Of a stretch of 64,000 bases of DNA, positions 13,450 through 24,335 are shown one piece after another. Position 1 is the first letter of the stretch; each line of letters begins with the position of its first letter. The translations under genes were made by a program, and so were the position numbers. A model generated the notes under the pieces. It saw nothing but the letters and a program-made list of their open reading frames with translations, did not search any database and had not been told where the DNA came from. This DNA comes from Sphagnum compactum (taxonomy: Eukaryota), in contig OZ234493.1 of NCBI GenBank assembly GCA_965153455.1, positions 15,118,213 through 15,182,212 on the forward strand, read 5' to 3'.

Positions 13450-15554
13450 CTTGCAAGTCCCCTAGCATGTCAAGTAAGGACATAAAAGTCTTAGTGCAGA
13501 ATTCGATGTAGGTTCATCTTCATCATTGCCTTGATCTGAAGTAGCTTCCTCCCAAGTGCAAGTTCAAAAATCAACAAACATCTTATGTCACTTAAGTTTT
13601 ATCTCTCCTTGATGACTATACTAAACAAGCCATAGTAAACCAGTCAAAAAATATGTCATGTTGCCTCCGTTTCTTTTCATCATCTTGGTGAAGTAGATGT
13701 TTCCACACAAATGGACATTCGAGAGAACTCTCAATCCGTAACAGGGAGCCAGTGGGGTGGAGAAGAATGGAGGCTAGTCAAGGAGGTTACAAATAGAAAA
13801 AGATGACACTGTTGAACACCAAATGCATCCTTGGATAGAGGATGAGCTTGATGTTTAATGGATAGGTGTATGTTGGCATGGACTTAGGAACTAGTTACTT
13901 ATGCTACAAGACCAGTGCCTGTGTTTCTCGAAAAAACAGACTACTAGTGATTTGACAGAGAAATGGAAAGGGGAGTAGCTAAAGATGTTTGGGGGGGGGG
14001 GGGCATTGCTAGATCTATTCACTATCTGCCGTGAAAAATGGACACATAACAAAACAACCCCCTTTATAATGGTGAAGATAGAACCTTAAGGAGTTCCAAG
14101 GAATTGTTTCCAGAGGATTTTCCAATGGTAGGTGCTACCACACTGGTAGTAAATCAAGTTGTGCAAGGCTCATCTCTTGGAAATAAGGATAGCAAATTGG
14201 GTTGGAAGGCATGCAGTCAATAGACTTGGCTTCAAGCAAGTTAGCAGGCCTCAATGTTTTTTTAGCAAATGAACCATAATCATGATCATCAAAAGGCTTT
14301 GAGTCTTCATTTAAAACAAAGTTGCCAGGACTGTCGAATTCCTTCAAATCTTTAGCTGTAGGTGGATAAGAAGGTCCTAGACCATCATTTCTGTTAAGTT
14401 GTTGTTTCATCTCTCATCTACCACATCTCTTGATCAAACTGCCAACATTGTTACAACAATTTCACAAGAATCTTAAGACTATTGCCACTATTCTTTGCCT
14501 TCTGATCCTCAAGCTCCTTCACCTATCCCTAGAGCAAGAGCAGGCCAATTTGGTGAGGGAGTCCTTCCAAGCAAGTCCTTGGTGCCACCTGCACACATTG
14601 GTGACCTGCTTTCTAACACTCTTGAATCATAAATTGCTTTGTTTGTTACCTTTACAAAGGCAACAACAAGGATTGTACAAGGATTGTGAGAATAGTCTCC
14701 CTCCTTTTGTTCATCATGGGACCCCGCCTACACCTCCAAAGAACTTCTCAAAGAGGAACAAAAGGCAAGAGAGGAACTTTGAAAGTAGTAGGGTTGCAGG
14801 GGAGTTGGATTTCATAGGTAGTGAACGATTGTCCCAAATTCTTCCAAATCTTGGTTTGGATCAATCGAAAACCCTAAACCTTAAGCCTTAAACCCAATTT
14901 CTAGTTGCTCTTCATGCATCCCTCTAGTAGTTTGTGGCAGGTCTCAAGTCCAGCCTCACAGGTGGTGGTGGACAACCTACAAGTGTCCCACCTTTGTCTC
15001 CATTTTTTTCCAAAAGGTTGTTTGATTTCTCTACACCTCCTCCAATTGAACCTTCCCCATAATCATCACCATTTCAAAGAGGCCACGTGTGCTGGCAATG
15101 TTGATGGCACTTAAAAACTTGGAATCTGTATCATTTCCACTGACTCCACCTTTGAACAAGTTGCTAGTCCAATCTATTTAGGACATAAACCGAATTCCAC
15201 AATCGGGATTCTCAAAATCAAATCCCAATCTACCATTGGAGAATTGTGTATAACAGGGTGAAAGATGGGTTCACTCACAAGATTCTCCTTACTTTGCAAT
15301 AAACGATGATGATTATTGCAATGTGTCTTGCTACTGAACCTGTGTCGTTTGTTGTTGCTTCTTTCCTTTTCCTTTTCCTAATCCTCCTCTTCCTCTTCTG
15401 TATTATGTTTTCTAGCCATCAACCTCATGAATAATAAAGATGAAACAACACTGACAACATAAAGAAGAAGACAGCGAGCAATCAAGTTTTCTCCCAAAAA
15501 AATAGAAACAAAAGAAAGCTTAGAAATTAGCAAATACAATGCTAGTTCTTTTTT

Positions 15555-15945
15555 ATTATCAAACTAGCTAAATAGGGGACGATTCTCATTTTGTGTTCAA
15601 TCCTACCTCCAAATTGATCTGATCAAAACTTAAAAAGTCAAAAGACCTGGAAAGAACAAGGTTCTGGAAAATATAATGCCGATCTTTTTTCGATTATCAA
15701 ACTAGTTATATAGGTGACAATTCTCATTTTGTGTTCAACCCCTCCCCCCTAACCAATTTGATCGAAATTTAAAAAGTCAAAGAACCTGGAAAGAATCGAG
15801 GTTCGACAAATATAATGCCGATTCTTTTCCAATTATCAAACTAGCTATATAAGTGACAATTTTCATTTTGTGTCAACCCTTGTCCTTAAATTGATTCGAC
15901 CAAAACTTAAAAAGTCAAAGAACTTGGAAAGAATTAGGGTCCAAC
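15555..15945 (+). repeat. Tandem repeat, ~138-bp unit x3, inside the transposon
   Basis: attatcaaactag recurs at 15555, 15693 and 15832, each followed by similar ttctcattttgtg...ttaaaaagtcaaa..cctggaaagaa. Confidence 0.9.
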
Positions 15946-18900
15946 AAAGAATCATGGTTCTTCACATTTTTTAAATACCTAGAACCGATTGGTTATTTGA
16001 TTTTGATTTTTTGAAATACCTACAATTGGTTAGTTCTGTAATTCTAAAATAGTGACGATTCTTGGATTTTCACTTAGCACTGGTTTAAACCAATGATGGT
16101 TGGTTTTATCATTGTGTGACCGGTTCTTAGTTCGATTTTCACATTGAGAACTGACTATTCTCATTTTGGGTGCAAATTAGGCTGAAAACATTGCTACCAC
16201 AAAAGCACCTTGTAGTAAAGCCTTGCAATTAAGTGCAAGGATACCAAAACGCAAGGCTCATTCGGTGAGTTGGAAGAGTTTTTTTTTTTTCCCTTGAAAT
16301 ATTATGGATTTGCAAAAGCCCTTTAATGTTCATGCTAAATTAATTAGATCTCAAGATTCTAGGTTACACCAGAAGGTTAAACTACTTAAAGATTTTGGAC
16401 TTTTTTTAAAACACTCCCTAGTATTGTGTAGATTGTAGCCATTGTGTGTGACAAACAAGATCATTCTGATGATCAGCATCATGAGTGTTAGGATGGGCTC
16501 CAAGGATCAAGTTGTACATGGATATGTGTTCCATCATGAAAAGCTTTGTAAGTTAATTTGGATCTCTAGGGTAGATTTAGATTTCACTTGTTTTTGTTTG
16601 TGTATTGTTGTTTTTCAATATTGTAACTAATAGGTACTTATCAATATATAAAATGTATTGTGATTGTAGGTTGTCAATTGAGGCAAAGTTGAAAAGAAAG
16701 AAGAAAAAATGTGTATTTGAAGAACTTCTAGTGGGAGTGGCCACCACCCCAAACACAATACTCCAAGTAAGAACTATAGATTATATTTTGTTGTTTATGA
16801 CTTGGTTATTCCAATACGTTCCTTCAAGTTTAGGGTTTTGTTGAACATTAGGTTTTTGGTTTATTTGAGGTGTGTGTAGTAATTTGACATGTCTTCTTTT
16901 GAAACTTCTGCTTCCAGGAGTTTGTTTTGAAAACCTTTCAGTAAGTGCCAAGAAGACCATTGCAATGGTCATTATGGATTTGGACAATGTCCATGATGTG
17001 GTATCAAATATATCTAAGTTGGCTGCCACAATTTTTGCTAATTTGTTCAACCACAAAGGAAAAGAAGAAAACAATGGCAATACAAGAATGGAGCATTTGG
17101 ACCGAGTGATAGCATGGGCATTAAAAGAGTTCAAAGTAGGAATAGTTGACTTACCTGTAGTGGAGAAGGATGGAGTCCAAAATTTGTTCCTATAGAATGT
17201 CAAAAAGTTGTGAACAATCGGATAACAGCTTGAGGTATGTCATGGTAGTTGTCATACTGCAACCCTATCAAATGTTCAAAATAGAGCATGCTTCCAATAA
17301 CCATTTTAAGTTTTGGGTGTAATCTTTGACAATGTTATTTCTAGGTTGTCTTCTTGCACATCGTATTGCTTGTCATCAAGGTGAAGGTGTGTGATGCACT
17401 TCTATTGAAGGTAAATTTGTTTCTTTTTGTGGCTTCAATGGGCTTTTAGCTTTTGCTGATTGGGTATACAAGGTTATAATAAAGCTCATTTGAGATGTTT
17501 AGTTCTTATGACTTACAAAAGCTCTACTAATTTTTTTTGTCAAGCACTCAAAAGTCATTCTACACCTTATGTTAGGATGGTACACAGGTCTGAAGTACAA
17601 CAATGAGGCACACAAAAAATCATAAATGTTGTTCATGTTTTTCATTGTGAATTGAACCAGGTGCATCAAATTGGAACAATGATGTCCCTAGAGTATCGAG
17701 GTACTCAAAGCATTGGCTCTGCCTACGAAACTACAATTCTCAATTGCCAATTGCACCCCTTGAGCCTTTTTTAGCTTCAGCTGAGGATGAGATGAAAACA
17801 AGTGAACATGAACGTCCAAAATAACAATGTAATTTTGCAAGCATTTTGTTACTGAAATCCATGGCAGTTGCAAATCCACAGACCCCCATACTTGCCTCTG
17901 ATTTCTCCCCTCTCATTTTATTTTTCTCTTTTCCTTTCTACTTCTTGTTTGCAAGGTCTTGCATGGTTTGGTTTTCAATCGTGTGAATTTCTCTAAAATT
18001 GTGTTGTTCTTGTTGCTGCATTTGTGTGTGTTAATTTGTTGTTTTTGTTGTTGTCGAGTCCAAAATGCTTGTTGTTTAGGAAGGCCAGGCTCTGGTGGTT
18101 TTGGGAATGAGCAAGTGTGTGCTGTTGTTGCTGCTTCATTGGGATGTCGTCCCACATGAATACATCATATCTGACGTATACAGGTCGTCCCACATGAATA
18201 TGAATGCTCTGGGGTTAGTGAGCAGCTATGACAGAAAAAGAAGAAGGGAAAATCATCAATGCTGGTGAGTTACCTTGCACTCTCCGGATGACACGCATGT
18301 TACTTCTTTTTAGATCTCTTGAGAATTGCAAGAGTGTGGATACTGTACTGTTGTATATATTATGTACAGAAAGTGCAGAAGTGTTTCCCAAAGTTCTTTA
18401 CCTGTAACTTGGACACAGTTGGTTCAATTGAAATCAGGATGTGCTAGAGGACATGATATTCACAAACTTGACATGGGGTTTGAGCTATGTACATCTGCAA
18501 CTGGGTGCTAAAATAGTTACAAGGTGCATGTTTGAAGATTCTTGTAAAGACTTTTTAAGTTTCTGAAAGGTGGGTCTGCTGTTGGACATCATTGTGCTTC
18601 CTTTCCTCAATTGTAAGCAATGCTGGTTTTGTAGTTTTCAGGATACTGGTGAACTTTTTTTTTGGGTTTTCTGCATTCTGAAGTTTGTTTGTGTTTGACA
18701 ATATGCAGGCAATGAGCAATATTGTGAGCAAAACATGCAAATCTAAGTGATAGACTATGCTTCAGTTATATAAAGGAGGTCAGACTGTAAATTTCAAAAT
18801 ATTCTGGCCATTTGTTGAAGAAAAAGCCATGGTTTTGACCTTTCTTGCATTACAATTCTGAATCTTGGACAGCCTTACACCAATCAGCCCCTTCTGATTA

Positions 18901-19444
18901 ATTGTGTTCAGATCCAACACAATGTGTAGCATGTAGATCCAGGTTGGGAGAGTTTGAGCACAGGCTTTTGCATGAGTTTGTTGTATAGCTAGCAGGTAGC
19001 TCCAATACTTGTCTGAATGGTTGTGGGTGGCTCCAATAGCTGCTGTTTGGTCTGTCTCCATTGTGTGAAATCGGCCTAAGAACATGGTATAGTAACTGGC
19101 CATGTATTGTTAGGCAGCTGTACTGTTAGTAGCTGTCATTGTGCTGAAGGGACCAACTTGAGCCTTATACACAGATGCCATATGTGCATGACAAATATAT
19201 GATTCCTCACTTTTCTATTGGTTGTACCCATGAATGTTGCAGTGAAAGGCAGCTTGCAGCATGCAGAGCTGGGACAGTCCCTTTGGTGCTAGCTCAGGTA
19301 AGTTCAAGATAGGAACCAAGCCACTGGCGGTTGGGCAAAAATTAAGGATTTGTGGCAAGCCATGGTGACAAGCTAAAGGCCACTGGATGCCCAGCACTCT
19401 TCTAATTTTTTTGTCTTTGAGATTGTGTCTATTTTGGAAGCTAG

Positions 19445-22400
19445 ATTTGAACTCAGCTGAAGAGCTGCACCTTCAATCAAGGCCAAGGGTACCCCTGGCA
19501 CACAGGTTCACACTGAGGGCAATAAATCTAGTCCCACCTTGCCCAACATTGTGACCCCACCCCAACCACAGCCAGCAAAGGTATTGGCTAACTTGTATCA
19601 TGCAGAAGCTAAGGTCATTCATTCACTATCCAGCCCTACCATGGCAAACACTGTGACCCAGGCCGGTCTCTCAGAGGTTTTCCACGTAAGCCACCAATCT
19701 CAATCCAATCAGTTTCAGTATCCCATGCTGTCCAACTCTTTATTTGATGAAAATGGTAACCTTGATCTTCGCACCAAAGATGAAGGTAGCCTAGACTTTC
19801 CAGGCAAGTATCCAGAAAACAGAAACCTGACTAGAAATGCAATGGAAATATGTGAACCTTTGTCCAATAGCTGACAAGAGACTAGGCCATCAACTGTACA
19901 GTTGGAATCCCAGGCCTTGTTCACTGACTTTCCAGAGCCTGTCCCTGTGGACAATGGTCCTGTGTGGCCTGAGACTTTCCCTGCAAGCAAGCTAGCTGAG
20001 CGAGCTACTCATAGAGCCAGTGTGGCCTTGTAATTAGACAAGGAGTGGGTACTGCTTGGAGAGACTCAGATTGTGGCATCCTCCACATGCAAAGGTCCAA
20101 AACTGTAACCAAGGGATCCACTAGAAGTTTCTTTTCCAAAGCAATCTGTGGGCACAGGCAAGGGACCTTTTGAGGTGAGGAAGCCGTGGGGTTGCAGCAA
20201 GGGTACTGCTGAGATTGTGCACTTTTCCTGTGGAGAATGGGGTGAGGTTTGTTGTCTCTCCTACTCCCATAATAACATGCCGTCATGTTGCTGAAACTCA
20301 AGAACATTGATCTTAATTGTTGGTTTCTGTATGAGGACTGTTTTACTTTGATATATATTCAGAATTACATCTGTTGCCAGTAGCTGAATGGGCAACTCCT
20401 TGCAGTTAATATTCACTTCAAAAAAACTTGTGTACAGGTTGGTCGGATACCTGGGGACTGGGCTCATTCTTTACTACCTCTCATTCAGACAGGCAAAGTG
20501 AGAGTGGATGGGAAGTGTCAGTGTGCTCCAGCAACTCTTTCTCTGTTGGAGAACATTGTTGTACTCCTTCGGTAGGCAACCTGTGCTTATTCTTTAGTAC
20601 CTCTCATTTAGGCAGGCAAAGTGAGAGTGGATGGCAAGTGTCAGTATGCTCTAGCAACTCTTTCTCTGTTGGACAGCATTGTTGTACACCTTTGGTAGGC
20701 AACCTGTGCTCTTAACATTTTGCCCACAGGTTGCCTACAACCTTCAGTGTGAACCTGGTGTTTGTCTGCAATGTGCTTCACTAAAAATGTTTCTAATGAT
20801 TGCACTGTGAGGAGAAGTGCTGGGTTGAGTTTCCTTAGTTTTTCTAATGCTCTTCTTGGTTGCAAAGCACATTTGAACCAATCGTTGTTCATTAATTTCA
20901 ATTGTTGGTTGAAAACTCCAATAACAGCTTCAGCAGAAGTACGACCACCCAGCCTCTCCCTGCCATAATTTGTCTTCTGCTTAGGGAGCCTTTCAAGAAG
21001 GTAATTGCCTAGCTGATTTTCTGATAGAAGTTTCAAAATTCTTAAGTTTGACATTAGTCTGGACTTTTGCACAGTCATGATCAGGAAATATAGAGTAGTA
21101 GCCTGCTCTTTTTCTTGGTTATGGTGCTTGTAAGATACTTTGACTTGATCGGCCTCTCATTTGTGGTACAAGTGATTGTGTTTAAAGTTTGTTTCTTGAA
21201 AACACTTCAACTCATTCTGCATTATGCATGACTTCTATTTTGGATATATCTCTACAAACCTCAGTATGATCCTGCTAATGGTACCCAATTTGCTAAGCTT
21301 TTGTCTCATATGGCAGGCAGTATTCACTCCTGAAGATTTATACACCCATAAGCATTCACTTGATCTACAAGTTGGGCAGGTACTTGGAACTGGTTTTCCT
21401 TACCTTTCATGTTGCCCAGTTGGAGACAGACCTTGAAGATATGACTTGAGTAGATTTTCTTTTTGCTTGGCAATAGTTGACAATTCTTCTGACTACCATG
21501 ACAAAGAGTGCTTTGCCATGTGAACCTGCTAATGTTTATAGGGGTCTGGCTCAGAACCTCTGGGTGCTGTACGACCAGCAGAGAAGAGATTGAACCTTGC
21601 ATCAAAAAGAGTACAAGGCAAAGAGAATGAAGAAGAAGGGACAGCAATGTTTGATGAGGATGTGAACAAGTTGGTTGGAACCTCTGAGAGTTGCCAGCTT
21701 CCAATAAGCCACCAAACTATAGCAAACTTTGCATTTACAAAGTATGATTGGGTTAGGAAGGTGGAAAGCATGTCTCTTGGGAGTATTAGTAGTTAGATAT
21801 GCAGTGGCTTGGTGAGTCTCAATATGGCTCTGTCCACAAGAGATGGAACCACCAAATACCCTGCAATGTGAGCTCCAATCATACCAAAAGCAAGCACTGC
21901 ATTGGATGACACAACTGGAAATTGGACTTGCAAGGGAAGATGCTGCTGACACCCTTCATCCATGTTGGGAGGCATATCATCTTGATGAAGGGTATTCATC
22001 ACTCCCTTTTTTGTCATATGGAAGTAGAGCTTGGAAAGGCTTTATCTAGTTGTGTACAGGATGTTTTTTGTTCTCGCATATATTCTCCATCAATTTACAA
22101 TGGAGTTCATTCTTGTACATTTGACTGCAGGTCAGAGCTTGCATTTTATCTCAATGTGTTTTCTGGTGAAGCAACTCTGGATTTCCCAAGTGCTCTACAG
22201 ACAGCATGAGGAGGGGTGAGAATCTCTTTCATCATTTCCTATGTAAACTCATCAGCATGTATTTCTTCCTCTTGCACTTTGTGCAAACAATCAGACACAC
22301 TGCAATGTAAGGGTACCCTTGTTTGTATACATGGCAATTCCTTGTTTAGTGTCTGCCATTGAGAATGTTTCAACACCCTACTTCCTATGCCTGCATGCTT

Positions 22401-23185
22401 TGAGAAGGTAGTTTTCATTGGCAGTGTGTGAGGGGTATCTAGCATTTTCATTCTCAGTTTGGCCTCTTTAAAGTGCCATTAGTGCTTGAATTTCTCTAGA
22501 TAGATTTGGAAGTGAATTTGGGCAACTGTGTCTGTTCTGAATCATGACTTGAGAGAGAGATAGTATGCATGGTTGTGGAGACAGGTGACCTAAATGTTTC
22601 TTTTCTCTTTCAGATTCTTGCAGATGCTATGGGCCTTGGAAAGACTGTGATGACAGTTTCACTCATCCTAGCAAATCCTGGTAGAGGAGGAATGGATCTC
22701 CCTAAGGTTGCCATACCATCTCAAGAAGATCCCAATTCACTAAGTGGTCTTCAATTGTGTCTGCAAGAGGAATCAAGTATTCAATCAACCAATCAGATCA
22801 AGGATTCAAAAAGGTCAGTTAGCAGTGCACAACATGGAGGTGGCACACTCATTGTTTGTCCACGACCCTACTTGGCCAGTGGCAGGTGAGATTTCAGACA
22901 AGCTATCAAAGGCTTTCTTTCACATGCAGACCTGGGGCTTCATGTGGACTTTGATTGTTCATGTAGCTTTGCTGAGCATTGGAGCTTGTTTGCAATGAGG
23001 AGGAAACAGAGGATGGTGTTGCAAACAAGATGGGTTTAATTTGAAGCAGTAGACACTTTTGGGGCTGGAGACAAAGTTTGAGACTCATGACGTGGGAGGA
23101 CTGATGTCTGTCTATGCTTACTATGGACATGATCGCCTTCGAAAAGGCAGTGCTCTCACTGACCATGATATTGTCTTGACCACCT
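19445..23185 (+). pseudogene. RAD5: Captured 5' half of a RAD5-like gene (HIRAN domain plus SNF2 helicase motifs I/Ia), introns retained
   Basis: Exons translate to EWVLLGETQIVASSTCKGPKL*, VGRIPGDWAHSLLPLI, AVFTPEDLY, MEPPNTLQCELQSYQKQALHWM..TLHPCWEAY, FYLNVFSGEATLDFPS, ILADAMGLGKT, GGTLIVCP, ending at DIVLTT. In-frame stops at 20106 and 22207, plus frameshifts. The 5' boundary is approximate. Confidence 0.9.
20462..20710 (+). repeat. 123-bp tandem duplication covering a HIRAN exon 3' end and its donor site
   Basis: gct(c/t)attcttta..cctctcatt..ggcaaagtgagagtgg..ggtaggcaacctgtgct occurs at 20462 and 20585. Confidence 0.9.
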
Positions 23186-23251
23186 AATCACTGAAATCAC
23201 CTAATTGGCGGTATTTGGAAGCTCCACCAAAACAACGGGTGATCAGAAACT

Positions 23252-24335
23252 ATGGGGGTGAAAACGTCGGACTCCTGGGAGAGCTTAGCGCCGGAGGTCC
23301 GGGCGCTGGTGTTGCGTAGAGTGCTCCAGACGAGGAATCGAGAGACAGGAAAAGGGAGGTGCATTGTGGCGGTAGCAGGAGTGTGCAGGAGCTGGCGTCA
23401 GGCGATGCAGTTACAATAGGAGGAGTTACTGCTCGAGGAATAAGAAGCAGCATCGCAACAACAATCACAATCCGCATCCGCTGTGTTGCAGTACTTTACA
23501 GCTTCGTTCATTCGTTTCCCTGCTACGATCCGCAAACAACCGGCTGTCATGGATCGTCCGCTGCTGTGCGTGTTGAAGAAGAAAGGGAGCTCCTTCTTCC
23601 TTTTCCAAAGCTTTCAAAACTTGGAGTATCTTCTCCTCGGAGCTCGTAAGCGTTACCTGCCTTCTTGCTCCTCCTTCGAGCTCAGTACCGATATCTGAAG
23701 CTTGCAAGCTAAGGAAAGAGGAGTTGCTTCTGCTGGTGCTTCTTCTGTGATGATCAAGTCCAACTTCACAAGGTCGGAGTTCGTCATACTAGGCAGCGAT
23801 CACTCGAATCTCCTGCTCTTTCTCCATTGCTGTGCATCAAGTATCGCGAAGAAATCGTGGCTGGCGTACCCCAGCGCAAGCTCAGTTGTGGCTTGTAATG
23901 TCCAGTTTCATCAAGCTCCCACAACATGCGGTGGTCTCCCGCTGCAAGGAGAGGAAGAGTAGCTCCAGCTGCGGCGAGTCGCGCAAGTGCAGCGGCCAAG
24001 AGATCATTCGTCGCATGCAACTGCTTCTTGAAAACTAGACGCCTTTACAGCAGAGTACTCTCAGTCACAACGAAGAAAAAACTAAAGAAGAAGGAAATGG
24101 TGATGGCGTTTTGCATGATGGAAAGCAGCAGCTGGTGCAGGTACTTGAAGCGGAGGAGGAGGCTTTTGCAGAAACGCAGCGGTGGCATGGAAGCTGGCTA
24201 TGGTTCAAGAGCAAGACACTGGAATGGAATCAAGAGCGGGGTTACTGGTGGCTGGATTCCAAGGGATTACAACTTCCAGCTAATCTGAAGCTCAGATTCA
24301 AGTTCCTCGGAGGAGGATGGCGCGAGTCCTGCTGA
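23252..24335 (+). pseudogene. Captured intronless Tubby-like F-box protein (TLP) pseudogene
   Basis: One frame from ATG 23252: SWESLAPEVRALVLRRV..VAVAGVCRSWRQ (F-box), RFPATIRKQP..PLLCVLKK, YLLLGARKR, IKSNFTRSEFVI. After a frameshift, IRRMQLLL and FKSKTLEWNQERGYWWLD. Motifs are collinear with plant TLPs. Stops at 23417, 23441 and 23696. Confidence 0.75.

Noticed and set aside
15555-15945. Regularly spaced repeats as a possible CRISPR array
   Set aside because: Whole units are similar, there are no unique spacers and no cas genes, and the context is eukaryotic.
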